Source of the DNA: Antedon mediterranea
Taxonomy: Eukaryota; Animalia; Echinodermata
DNA length: 64,000 bases
Reading direction: 5' to 3'
NCBI RefSeq assembly: GCF_964355755.1
Contig: NC_092670.1
Coordinates: 11,580,795-11,644,794, forward strand
Within the stretch, counting starts at the first letter, position 1. Every line of letters starts with the position of its first letter. Shown here piece by piece: positions 1-12,974 of this stretch. The notes below the pieces were generated by a model. That model had not been told where the DNA came from, made no database searches, and saw nothing but the letters and a program-made list of their open reading frames with translations. The translations under genes were made by a program, and so were the position numbers.

Positions 1-269
1 GGGTTGTGGGATTGTGATGCTTATAGTGTCTTCCGTTGTTGGAAGTAGAGGCTATAATCTTTCTCTCTGCATTTTGAATAAGTAAGGTAGGCCTATAGTT
101 AGGATATCAAATGTTGTAACTTCTCCTAATTTGTTGAGGAAATGGACTATGGCACTATGGCGATAATAAAAACAAGTACTGTATTACATAATGATTCTGT
201 ATTTTTTTATTTAAATAAATGAGTAAAATGATTAATTGGAACGAAAAAAAACAAACAATAAAGCAAAGA

Positions 270-2553
270 TCTCGTGCTAAGTGGATAGAAGAGGCTGAAA
301 AGCCAACCAAATTTTTCTTAGGTCTCGAGAAAACTAACTTTACGAACAAATTAATAGACGAATTAATAGATGAAGAAAAAAAAAACTATATTGGACAATA
401 AACTTATAATAAAGGAAGTTGAGCATTTTTACAGTTCTTTATATAAAAAAAAAGATATAGAGCAAATAGATTTAAACGTATTAATAACAAACCAGAACTT
501 CGAAAAAGTTTCAGAAGAAGAATCTCAAAAGCTTGAGAGTGAATTGACCTTAGCTGAGCTTACAAATGCACTCAATAAAATGAAAAACAACAAATCACCT
601 GGAACAGACGGCTTTACGTCTGAATTTTTCAAGATTTTTTGGGGGAAACTGGGTGCTCTACTTCTTCGTTCTATGAAATATGGCTTTAAAACTTGTAATC
701 TTTCAGTCACTCAAAAACAGGGAGCAATCACTCTAATCCCAAAGGCGAATAAATCAAGAAAAGAATTAAAAAATTGGCGTCCTATATCTTTATTAAATGT
801 TGCTTACAAAATTGCTTCATCGGCCATAGCAGAGAGGCTAAAATCTGTCTTTCCAAATATCAATTAATGAAAACCAAGCGGGATTTATAAAAGGAGAAAA
901 TGTTCGTATTTTATATGATATCCTCTCACTCTATGACGAAAAAAACCTACCTGGTCTCGTATTACTGGTAGATTTCGAGAAAGCTTTTGATTCCCTGGCG
1001 TTCAAATTTATTGATAAGTGTTTGACCTTCTTTAATTTTGGACCAACTCTTAAGAAATGGTGTGGACTTTTTTACACGAATATCTCTTCATGCGTTCTAG
1101 TTAATGGACACCCCAGCAATTTTTTCAATATTGAAAGAGGTTGCAGACAGGGCGATCCGCTATCTCCATACCTTTTTATTCTGGGAGTGGAAATTCTAAA
1201 CATGATGGTACGCCAAAATATTAATATTAAAGGAGTAACAATTGATACCTCTGAGATTAAAATGTTACAATACGCAGATGACACTGCATTTATTCTGAAC
1301 GGCTCACACAAATCACTTACTGAATGCATGAGTACACTTTCAACATTTGAAAAGATGTCTGGTTTAAAAATTAACATTTCTAAATCCAAAGCAATATGGT
1401 TTGGATTAAAAAAGTTCTCGAGTGAACAAATTAATACTAATTCAAATCTTGACTGGTGTGATAAAGGCCGTTTTGATTTTTTTGGTGTTACATTTGACTT
1501 AGAAATAAGCAAAATGACTAAAATAAATGTTGAAGAGATAACTGGTAAAATTAGGTCTACTATCAATGTGTGGCGTAAGAGAAATCTTACTGTGTTGGGA
1601 AGATTAACTGTGTTAAAATCTCTAATATTATCAAAACTTAATTATATTTTCACAATGTTGCCAAACCCTACTACAGCTTATCTAAATGAACTTAATAGGA
1701 TGTTTTTTTAATTTTGTCTGGAAGGGAAAGGATAAAATCAAAAGAAATAAGCTAATTAGAGAGTATAAGGATGGCGGAATTAACATGATTGATATCTTCA
1801 GTTACATAAAGGCATTTAAGATTAGTTGGATGCGAAGAATTTGTAACAACACTGGAATTCTCAATGTAGTTTTCAACAAAATATGCCATGGTAAAAAAAC
1901 TGAATCAATCTTTGAATACGGCTCATGCATGATTCAGAGGCTGTCGAAAAATATGAACAATTTGTTCTGGAGAGATGTTCTCCATTCATGGTCCGAGTTT
2001 ATTGCTATTCATAATCCAACAGCATCTGCAAACTATAACGTACTAAAAGAACCAATATGGTTGAATGATTCGATTCTAATCAATAACTTTCCAATTTTTT
2101 ACACCAATTATTATGAGTGTGGCGTAAGGTTCATAAATGATTTAATCTCGGATAGAGGAACCTTGCTTAGTTATGAAAACTTCAAAACACACTATAAGGT
2201 GAAAAAAATAATTTCCTTAAATACTATGGATTAATTGATGCAATTATAACCAAATACCCTTCTTTGGGTACAGAAATAAATACTAAATTACAAAACCCAA
2301 TAAATTTACCCATACTTGAAACCATAACCAAACCCCAAACAGGACGTAAAGCTTTTTATCGTTAGTTTATTCAAAACAAAGACTTTAACTGTAAAGCTAA
2401 ACAAAAGTGGGGTAAAATCTTAAATGTTGAATTCTCGGAACATGAATGGGAAGAAATTAATGTTGCAACTTTTAATGTGACCGACAACGTAAACTTACGA
2501 TGGTTCCAATACAGACTTAACAACAGTATCCTCACAACTAAAGTTTACCTTAA
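270..2553 (+). pseudogene. Degenerate LINE reverse transcriptase coding region with several frameshifts/stops
   Basis: ORFs 219-401, 370-867, 1022-1711 and 1686-2234 are consecutive RT segments in shifting frames. Confidence 0.92.
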
Positions 2554-5468
2554 AATGGATATGAAAGGATTTTAAAATTTCACAAAAAGGACTTTGTATG
2601 AATCCTTTTAATGTTAATAAACAGCACACAAAAAATTAGATTCAAATACCTAGTAGAAATTGAGAAATAAACAAATTAAATTTTGGTATAAAACGTCCGC
2701 AAAATGGCCGACCAACTGGCACGCCATCTTAATTTTTATGAACGTTCTATACGCACGTACGAGATCGTCAAATTTAGAGTTTGAAACACCCGGGGTTGTA
2801 GCCACGGCAGCAGTCGTTTTGTGATTGGTTAATGAATTTTAATACAGTCCAATCACCGCCTTGTCTCGTTCGCGGACTGTGTGGTGTAAACAAAATAAAC
2901 AAACCCATGCTACACGAGACTCGCGTGTTGCAAGCTCCCTGTTGCTGCAGTCGTAGAAAATATCGATATTTCACAAATCAATAAAAAGTTATGTCTGCAA
3001 AGATTGTACGTGAAAAGAAGAAAGTGTGTATTTGTACTTCTCACACTAAACCACTCACGCAGACTACAAATTAGGCTAGGTCTAGTAGACTATAGTTTCT
3101 TCTAAATTCGCTAGTAGTAGGCTAGGCCTACACATGGAGTTACTCCATGGCCTACAGTACAAGAGAGTAGCAGTCGCCGGTCCACCGACGAACCTCCAGG
3201 AAGTGGACAAGGCGCGGGCGTAGACGTATGTAAAAGGCGACGTAAATAAAAAAGGTAAGCTTGTGTTGAACTTGTTTTTGGCTCTGACTTTTGTTATTGA
3301 CTAATATAGTAATATAATAATACTAATAATTAAAGTAGAGCAGAGGAGGTGAGGCCGAGAGGATTATTATAGTTTAGTTAGTAACTGTAGTGTAATTAAA
3401 TAATAACCTCTTTCTGTTTGTTACCAAGTCATAAAATATAATACTATAGGGCCTAGAGGTAGGATTGAATAAAAATAATAGTACATTTCCATCCATTTAT
3501 TGGTCTTATCTTTGCAGATTTATGGAATCAACAGTACATGAGATGGCTTTGAAGAACTGTAAAATAGTACTAGTAATAAAATTGTAAACATCAAATTATA
3601 TGGCAGAAATAGTGTGTGGAATGAATTTTATTGAACAAATGTATCATAATGAGTTTGGAACAAGCAGGATTTTTCAAACAGGACATAAATTACTTTTGAG
3701 ACCTGAGTGATACATTTTAATTCTATCAACACCAGCCAGCTCCATCATATTCAAGAGATGGATTCTTTCATAAATGTCCATTGTACATAGTATTTGGCTA
3801 AATAAATAAAAAAAGAAGTACAGTAGTGGTTTATTTGTTAATATACCCAGACCCATTTAGATGGTTAAAAACAAACACTATATGATGCACTGCTACTAGT
3901 GTACTGTCTGGTAGTACATTACCATAGTTACAGTATGACTGTAACCCTAGCACTCGCGTCTAAAGAATTCTATTATGCATATTTTACTATTCTTCATAAA
4001 TATTTAGTTCTGTAATTTTAATTGTCTGCGCTCATTCTATACTTGGTGTCTTAGTATACTGCATAAATGTATCGTGCAAGCATGATCCAAGTAGCATCTA
4101 TTATAAAGTACTCTGGGTATCTTTTTATTCACCTGAAAAAAGGAAAATGAATAAGCACATGTTTATCTGCCCTCAAAACAAAATAATAATTTAGTATTAT
4201 GTAGGTTTGATCAACAGTTTAAAATAGCAATGCTCAGTATCTGTTACCTTAATATTATAATTTGACTCTAACATTTGCGCTTCCATTCCAATCAATAAAT
4301 ACATTTGCTTATCCCGTCCATCAATTATCATAATTGCACTCCAATTATAGACCTGTAGGTAGGTAAAAATACAAATGAATTGTTTATTTACTGTATACTG
4401 TACTGTATATTGTACTGTATATGATACAAGCTGAAATACCCCTAACTAGGCCTGGCCTGTTATAACCTTTATTACTACATTAGAGAAAATCCAACTCTAT
4501 TCATTTTATTGGGAATCATAATATTTAGTATTCAGTGTTGCCTAGCCTACTAGCTAGTAGGGCGGCATGTAATAACAAAAAAATATTTTAATAATACGTT
4601 AGTCAGGACACTACAGCACACAACAATATTAATAAACGTACTTATAAATAATGTGTATATACATAATACAGTAACACAATTGTGCTTACCATTAACACCC
4701 TCAACGATACATCAAGGAGCATACGCTCTCAGCTCACCTCTGGCCGGGCGACTAAACACCGTATCCAGCAGTCATCACTACTAAAAAGGCCTAGGGCCTA
4801 GGCCTAGCTAGCCTAGCTCCAGGCCATGGCATTGTCAAACACCATTTACTCGTCCAACCGTTTCTTCAAAACGATGTTAACACCCGTGTTAACAAGACGA
4901 TGTGGACGAATTTCCATCAATTTCAGTTAATTACAACGAAATAATAATAAAATGAATGTTTCAATAATACGTGTATAATAAATAGCGAAATAAACATCGC
5001 TCGCGAGGAGGGTCGAGAGAGAGGCCAAGGTGGTCGACTCTGTGATTCTCACGCATGCGCAAAATAACTCCGTGTACCCAGCAAGATAGGCATTTGGCTA
5101 TGAATTTCGTAAAAGATGGCCTTGAAAAACGAAATTAAAATCCGTTTTAAAAAAAACTTGGTTGATAATATGAATTAATTTTATTCGATTAGGCTAACAT
5201 ACTTATCCAAGAATAAAAACATCAAAGCAATAAGTAATTACTACCATGCTTTTGCATCAATCAATGATTTCCTGCTAAATTCCTATCTCTGTAATACAAA
5301 AATAACTTTTAGTGACGTCACAAAAAGTTTTTCACAGGTTTCTCAGGGGCGTTTTGAGGGCGTTGTCGTCCTCCAAAACATTAAGTATGACTATGGCAAG
5401 CTTAAACCTGATTGATCTACACGTTGAGCCAATAAAATGATATTGTTAGGAACCCTTTCATATCCATT
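2554..5468. mobile_element. Non-autonomous Kolobok-like DNA transposon (2.9 kb)
   Basis: 15-bp TIR AATGGATATGAAAGG (2554-2568) / CCTTTCATATCCATT (5454-5468). TTAA on both sides (2550-2553, 5469-5472). RR...YY termini with TTAA TSD fit Kolobok rather than piggyBac. Removing it restores the LINE frame. No long ORF. Confidence 0.8.
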
Positions 5469-6520
5469 TTAAGATTATTAAGTACATCGACGAAGATAAC
5501 AGCTCCTTTTGTAACATTAGAAGAGAAACAGTTTATCATTTATTCTGTAAATGTAATATCAGTAGATGGATAAGCAATTTTTTTTTTCAATGGTGTTCTC
5601 GAAATCTTGATATTCGTATATGTGTATCGGAAAGTGAACTGCTTTTTAGTAATACACCATCCAATAGGATTAATTTACTTTTGTCAATACTAAAGTTGTA
5701 TATATATAAGAGTAAGTTTTCGGGCCTCCTCTCACCCACCGGCCTCATAAGCTTTGTAAAATATTACTTTACAATTAAAAAATTTAGATGTTTGATTAAT
5801 AATAGAGCCGAAGAATGGGAAGAGTGGAGTGCCTGGGATAATCTTCTGTAACATAGATTTGTATCACTCTATATCCTGACTTGATGTGCACAACTATATT
5901 TATTTTATAAGAAGGTGTTTATATAGGAGAATTGATTATGTATAATTTTTATATTTTTTCTCTGTCTGCTTTTTTTTTTTTGTATTTCAATGTATTAAAG
6001 AAAGATTGAAAATAAAAAATAAAAAAAATAAATAAAGCAAAGAAAGAAGAGCAGGCCGTTTGACCAGAACAGCCAAGTCAGTTTCCGTATACGTACCTGA
6101 CAGTATAGTGTCACGTATTTTCGTGTTCGTATTACGAATGCAGATAGTAATCAACGCAAAGTGTCTCGACCTTACCAGGTAGGCCTATCCATTTGTACAC
6201 CTGGACGAGAGAGGCAAACGCATTACGTGTATAGTCTGCGGGCATGTGTGTAAGGCTACGTTCACACCACACCGGCGTCCCGTGTGAATGCAGATCTAGA
6301 TTAAGCTTGCTTCCCACTTGGACGCGACGCGTGTAATTTGACCAATCATGATTGGTCAACTTACCTGCGTTGCGCTAGAATTTCCCAAAGTTTACCTAAA
6401 AAAATGTAATTTAAAGCAAATGGTCAGCCAATGGATTTTTGGTTGAATTTAACCATTTATTTTGTGATTTTATAAGTGAAAACATTAATTTTTTTCGTTT
6501 TTTTTTCTATGGAACTGATT

Positions 6521-6720
6521 AACTTTATTAAAACTACAAATAACATATTCAAAGTCTGATTTAGTTTTTGGGGGACAATACATCTTTAATGTATTATTTT
6601 TATGTTAGTCCACCGCCGTCGGCGTTTCGATTTTTTATATTTTGTGAGCCCGCGTATTATACGTATGTGCCAAAATATTTATATTTTCGAAATTCGGTCT
6701 AGAACTTGCTTTAGATTAGA
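6521..6720 (+). repeat. Left copy of exact 200-bp direct repeat (putative long TSD of the LINE at 6721-28412)
   Basis: AACTTTATTAAAACTAC...CTTTAGATTAGA, identical by eye to 28413-28612. Confidence 0.85.
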
Positions 6721-7615
6721 ATGGAAATGTATTTTAAAATCAACACATGACATTAATGTAAATGATATACCTATTACAAACAATAAGGTCTTAAATATGA
6801 CGTCTAGACAATTATATAGATTCATAATAGATGCTCAATATATTACACCTACGGCACAGGTTAAGTGGGAATCCATATTTGGTAATATGCCATGGACAAA
6901 AATATGGGTTAAGAAAGTTTCTGGTCTTAAAGAAAAAAAACTGGCACATTTTAATTTTAAATTGTTGCACAGAATATTGCCAACAAATGAAAGATTACAT
7001 AGGTGGAGACTTGTAAATTCCCCATGTTGTGACACATGCAATGTTATTGAGAAGGATAAACATATGTTAGTAGAGTGCATAACAGTAAAATGTTTATGGA
7101 GAGAGATAAACGAAATAATTAGAGCAGTAAGTATGGCAAGCCTCAGCTGTCTGAAGTATTCAAAATATTATATTATTATATCATTTTTTTATTATATTAT
7201 ATATTGTATTGTAATGAATTATACGTTTTGCATTATATTACTTGATTTTAGCATTATATTATATCTATTTCTAATATATTATGTGAAAAATGTAACAAAT
7301 TATTGACTTTTTGTATTATATTATTTGGTTTTAGCATTATATTATGAACATTTAATATTATATTATATATAAAATACATTATATTATAATATAATTGTAT
7401 TATATTAAACGCATTTACTTTACTTTATAACATACAACATTATTATATTATACGGATTCGTTAGTTATATTATTATTTTGTATGATGTTTATTATACGTC
7501 ACGGCTTATTTCAGTTCTTCTAACTCTTTCTCTCCCTCCCCCTGTTCACTAGCAATCAGCGGCCGGCAGAATCTGAATTGTGTGACTGTTGAAGAATAAC
7601 TACGTACTAGGTCTA

Positions 7616-9657
7616 GGATGCTAGTCAAGTCGCCCCATCGCAAAGTCGCCCCATACAAAGTCGCCCCTTACACAGTCGCCCCATCGCAAAGTCGCCCCAA
7701 AACAAAGTCGCCCCGACACAGTCGCCCTATCGCAAAGTCGCCCCATCGCAAAGTCGCCCCAACGCAAAGTCGCTCCATCGCAAAGTCGCCCCATCACAAA
7801 GTCGCCCTATCGCAAAGTCGCCCCAAAACGTTAAAAAATAGTTTACAAGTGCGTAAAATGTTGCAATGATACACAAAATAACACGGAACGTGTAGGCATA
7901 AAAGGGGAAGCCCCGCCATGTAGTCTCGGGTCACACGATCGGCACGCACCCCAATCATCAGAGAGGAAGCCCCCGACTAATCACTCGGTCGCACTCCGCG
8001 GTCGCACGAACGTGCTAGCTTACCAGAGGGAAACCCCCGTAATTACTCCGCCGTTGCCGTTGTCGCACTCTACAACGCACCATCTGAAGATGGGGAAACC
8101 CCGCCGGAGTTTTACGATGATATCAGTCGCGTTCGAAATCGGTCGCGATAAAATGATGTTATACGATCTAGATTATTTTTACTTTGGTCGATGAATATTT
8201 ATTATTATTATATAATTGATTTTTGTTTTTATTCTACACATTTATACATTTATTATATTATCCTAAAAAATGAGCTGGTATCGCGTAGGTTGAAGAAATT
8301 GTAATTGTGGCTCTGGTAACTAATTTTAAAATCATATTAAATTAACATTTTCGAAACTATAAATCAGGGATAATCTTTTTAAAACTTTCAAACAAGGGAC
8401 TATTTTTTTAATGATTTTTAAAAAGCACATCACTCCATTAAAACCTGTAAAATACAAATTAAAACACATATTATGTATATGTTATGCGCGATTTGAACGA
8501 TTTGCGCAATTTGAAATTGCGCAAAAAAATCCTTGCGCAATTTGAAATTGCGCAAAGAATTCTTGCGCAATTTAAAATTGCGCAAAGATTTTTTTGCGCA
8601 ATTTCAAATTGCGCAATCAACTTGCGCAATTTCAAATTGCGCAAGAAAATCTTTGCGCAATTTTAAATTGCGCTGCACAATTTGTAAATTGCGCAAGATA
8701 GTTCTTGCGCAATATGACACCTTTGCGCAATTTGAAAACGAACTGTAAATTTTCAAATTGCGCAACAAAATTCTACCAGACAATCGGTATTATAATAATT
8801 TATTGGAAACTAAATAACTCAAAATAAAACATAATAAATGCGAAGATAACATGTGTATAATAAATACATAACATTTATTATTACAATTAAATAATATTAT
8901 CACTGTAACTTGAAATAAATCAAAATAAATGTAAAAATTAAGTTTTTAATATTAGTTTAAGCTAGGCCATGTAACCTAGTCAGTATCAGTAGTCCAGACC
9001 CTAGCTAGGCTAGAGTAGTATAGCCGGCCGCCCGCGCCGCGCCCGCCTGGTGGAACACCACCGCTTCGTTTTCCTTCGTCGGTATGCTAACTTATAACAA
9101 TATTTGCACTACTAAAATAAGGAAATGCGATATTTATCTTTAATTTTGAATCATTCTTAGAAATTACTATAAAAATATGGGTGTGCATGATTTCACAATC
9201 TGTCGAAAAACCTTGCGCAATTTGCAGATTACTTGCGCAATTTAATACGTTGCTTGCGCAATTTGAAACACATGTTTCAATTCAAATTGCGCAAGGATTT
9301 TTTTTGCGCAATTTCAAATTGCGCAAATCGTTCAAATCGCGCATAACACCTATAATAGGAATAGGATAAACATTAATGTATACGACATTTAGCGCGACCA
9401 AAGTAACAACGCAATCGATATCAAACGCAACCGATATGATTAAAACCGTGGGCGACTTTGCGATGGGGCGACTTTGCGTTGGGGCGACTTTGCGATGGGG
9501 CGAATTTGCGATGGGGCGACTTTGTAATGGGGCGACTTTGAGATGGGGCGACTGTGCCGGGGCGACTTTGTTTTGGGGCGACTTTGCGATGGGGCGACTT
9601 TGTATTGGGCGACTTTGTATGGGGCGACTTTGCGATGGGGCGACTTGACTGGATCCC
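7616..9657. mobile_element. Non-autonomous TIR element with subterminal 16-bp tandem arrays (foldback type), nested in palindrome copy 1
   Basis: GGATGCTAGTCAAGTCGCCCC ... GGGGCGACTTGACTGGATCCC. Arrays of CGCAAAGTCGCCCCAT at about 7625-7825 and inverted at about 9450-9650. Absent from the other three arms. TSD imperfect (GTCTA/GCCTA), so the superfamily is uncertain. Confidence 0.8.
8480..9348. mobile_element. MITE with TGT...ACA ends and TTGCGCAA repeat arrays (Ginger-like termini), within 7616-9657
   Basis: About 50-bp TIR TGTTATGCGCGATTTGAACGATTTGCGCAATTTGAAATTGCGCAAAAAAA and its reverse complement ending at 9348. No clean TSD visible (TATA vs CCTA). Confidence 0.75.
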
Positions 9658-9818
9658 GCCTAGCCTAGGCCTACTAGGGGATCTAGACAAGTGACCAAGG
9701 ATCACCGGACAGCTACAACTAATACTACAATACAATAATACTACTACAATAACTACTACTGCTACTACCTAGGCCTAGCTAGTGAGTAGTAGTAGGTAGC
9801 TACTACTAGGCTCTAGGG

Positions 9819-12800
9819 GGGTGTGTCGAAAGCGAAGACCTCGAAAGCGAAGATCGAAGACCGAAGACCTCGAAAGCGAAGACCCTACGAAATGGTAGTG
9901 TGCACAAAATCCGACCAAAATCGATGATAACACCTTGAATTTACAGATTCTAAAAAAATATTTCGATTTTAATCGTTATGTTATCAAAAAACATGACTTT
10001 ATCTAGCTATGAACAAGCTCACGTGTTTTCGCTAATGGAGTTAATATGTGATATAGTTTTACGAACAAACACATCGCGCTATTTGCAAGGCGACGGACAC
10101 ACAAGAAGGACCTCGAATTGAATGCAATATTAAATGTCACTTTTTCCGATAACTTAGCATTGTAGCACACGTCCCCTACAATTTAAAGCCATAGCCAACT
10201 GTATAGAAAAGTATAGAAATAAACTACAGTAAAGTAAATAAATTAAAGTAAGTAAATTGTAAGAAGTAAAGGATGGCCATATGCTTATTTAGCCTAATTT
10301 TAGAGCCTATAGGCCTAGGCCTATAAAAAGTGTCCGTATCATAGATTTTACACTTGTTTTTAAAAATGTTATACGTACGCGTGAATACAACTTAGAGATC
10401 TTTTTTTTTTTTGCATTTAAATATTATTATGTTGATGTATGTTTATTATCTATAATATTTGCCTATTGTCTAAATGTATGAATAAATACAATAAGATATT
10501 TATTTTCCTTTAGTTATTCTATATAGGCCTATAGTATTTTAAACTTGTACATTTTCCCCATTGTAGCCAATACTACAGTATTACTGATTTAATTATTCGC
10601 CAGTTTAAAAATGTTTTTCTAATGTATTCATAATGGACAAATAATATTATCAGTATCGGTTAGTGTGGTTGGCGAAGCGACAGTACTATGTAAAGAAGAA
10701 AAATGTAAAATAAATATTTCATTAACCAACGTGAACTACTAAACGAAAACATCCTACCGCAACGTATTGTATTGGCGCGCGCGCAACATTAGAAAATACT
10801 CTTCTATCTATTTTTGCATCCCCTCTTACAATCGAGAATCATGATGAACGTAAAGCAGTCGGTGTTGAACACGTCGGTTCCCACTTATGTTGACACGCAA
10901 GTTTGTTCTTAAGGCGCACTTTGAGTCGATCTGGAAACTAATTCCAGCTCTTAAAATATTTCCCGGGCCAAATTTGTCAGAATATATTCAAATTATGATT
11001 TGACAAGAAGTAAAAAGAACGAACGATATAGGCATCAGCGTTCTGCAAATTTTGGTTATAAATCGGTCGTTTCCTGCGACATATCATCTGTTTCACGGCT
11101 TCCATAATTCCGAATAATTATGCCATTATGTCAACGTTCACAAAGACAAAAGCCATTCAAAACAAAGATTGAAATAAAAAATATTCCCTCCAAAATTACA
11201 AGTTGCCGATTTTGTTACGGTTGCAATGTGATTAGTGACGATAGTGTGTTCACGTTTAATTTTTTTTCAATATTAAAACGGGTGTTTATTCATATCGGTA
11301 TTACGTTTACCGACACTGTCAAAAGATTAGTTTAATGAAGTTCCAGTCCCCCCAACCACAATTTTCCTCATCATCAAATAAAAAACTGACTTTTGTTTTC
11401 AAGCATTGCCCGTGGTGAATACAAAAAGAGATACTCTCTATAAATCTTTATTAAGTGATGGTGAATGTTTATCGGGCTTAACCACTCTAACCCCCAACCT
11501 TCTATCTCACAGGCTTGTGGTTGAGACGACTATTCAACAGTCTCCCGATTTTCAACAGATTGTCGACGTCCCGCTTCTAAATGTTTGCATCCCTGCCATG
11601 ACAAAACAAACAACAAAACAAAACATAAAATTTTAATTAAGAAACAGGTTACCGGTTGTTGACCATTTAAATATAGAATTGACACTAATACAAACAAATC
11701 TAACAGAATTATACTATTATAACGGGTTAACAATCAAGAAAAATTTTCAGAGTGTGATGTCTATCGTTCGTTCTACAGTATTAGCCTTTTGTCAAATCAT
11801 AATTTGAATACAGTATTATTTTTTACTTTGACAATACAAAGATATAAAATAAAGTTCTGTTCACGGTAAGCTATTGGGACGAACTGTCATTGGCCCGGGA
11901 AATATTTTAAGAGCTGTAATTGGTTTTCAGATCGACGCAAAGTGCGCCGTAAGAAAATAACGTTGCGTGTCATCACAAGTGGAAACCGGTGTGTTCAACA
12001 ATATTTCTGCTTTATTACGTTCATCATGATTCTCGATCGTAAGAGGGGATGCAAAATAGATAGAAGATAGATGGATAGATTTTCTGTTGCGCGCGCCAAC
12101 GATACGTTGCGGCAGAATTTTTTTGGTTTAGTGGTTCATACGTTGGTTAATGAAATATTTATTTTCCTTAAAAGGAAAATAAATATTTCATTAACCAAAA
12201 AAAAATTTACATTTTTCTTTACATCATCTGTCGCTTCTCCAACCACACTAAATATTCTGATACTGATATAGGCCCTATTTTTTGTCTATTATGAATACAT
12301 TAGAAAACATTTTGAAACTGGCGATTAAGTAAAATAGCAATAGTTACAATGGGAAAATGTAAAAGTTTAAATACAATACAGGAAAATGAATATCTTATTG
12401 TATTTATTCATACATTTAGATAATAAACAATAGGCAAATATTATAGATAAAAAACACATAGCAACATATTTAAATGCAAAAAAGATCTCTGTACCTAACA
12501 TTTAAAAGCAAGTGTAAAATCTATGATGCCTATAGGCTCTAAAATAAACCTAAATACCGGGCCTTCCGCCATCCTTTACTTCTTACAATTTACTTACTGT
12601 AGTTTATTTCTATACTTATAAACAATTGGCTATGATTTTAAATTGTTATCGGAACAAGTGACATTTCATGTGCGAGGTCCTTCTTGTGCATCCGTCGCCT
12701 TGCAAATAGCGCGATGTGTTTGTTTGTAAAACTATATCACATATTAACTCCATTGGCGAAAACACGTGAGCTTGTTCATAGATAAAGTCATGATTTTTTT

Positions 12801-12974
12801 AAATATAACGATTAAAAATGAAATATTTTTTCAGGATCTGTAAATTCAAGGTGTTATCACGATTTTGTATGATTTTGGTCGGATTTTGTGCACACTACCA
12901 TTTCGTAGGGTCTTCCCTTTCGAGGTCTTCGGTCTTCGATCTTCGCTTTCGAGGTCTTCGCTTTCGACACACCC
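9819..12974. mobile_element. Foldback, Mutator (MULE)-like non-autonomous element (3.16 kb, about 1.2-kb imperfect TIRs)
   Basis: GGGTGTGTCGAAAGCGAAGACC ... GGTCTTCGCTTTCGACACACCC. 10-bp TSD GGCTCTAGGG (9809-9818, 12975-12984). Arms about 9819-11040 and 11750-12974. The empty site is visible in the other arms. Confidence 0.87.

Larger units (their letters stand above)
270..6030 (+). mobile_element. 5'-truncated, frameshifted non-LTR retrotransposon (L1/Tx1-type ORF2: RT plus C-terminal zinc knuckle), interrupted at 2554-5468
   Basis: ORF pieces carry RSRAKWIEEAEKPTKFF, KSPGTDGF, WRPISLLNVAYKI, GCRQGDPLSPYLF, QYADD and KDGGINMID. After removing 2554-5468 the frame reads ...TTKVYL/KIIKYIDEDNSSFCNIRRETVYHLFCKC. 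Stop near 5849-5851, A-rich tail about 6010-6030, and AATAAAGCAAAGA repeated at 257-269 and 6031-6043 (13-bp TSD). Confidence 0.92.

Noticed and set aside
1072-1566. 164-aa minus-strand ORF
   Set aside because: Antisense shadow of the RT coding region.
6602-7306. 234-aa ORF as a real gene
   Set aside because: It is a chimera of target DNA, LINE ORF2 fragment and the palindrome terminus.
7618-9735. Repetitive ORFs (KSPHRKVAP..., LRNLKLRK..., GDFAMGRLC...)
   Set aside because: These are translations of subterminal DNA repeat arrays of non-autonomous elements.
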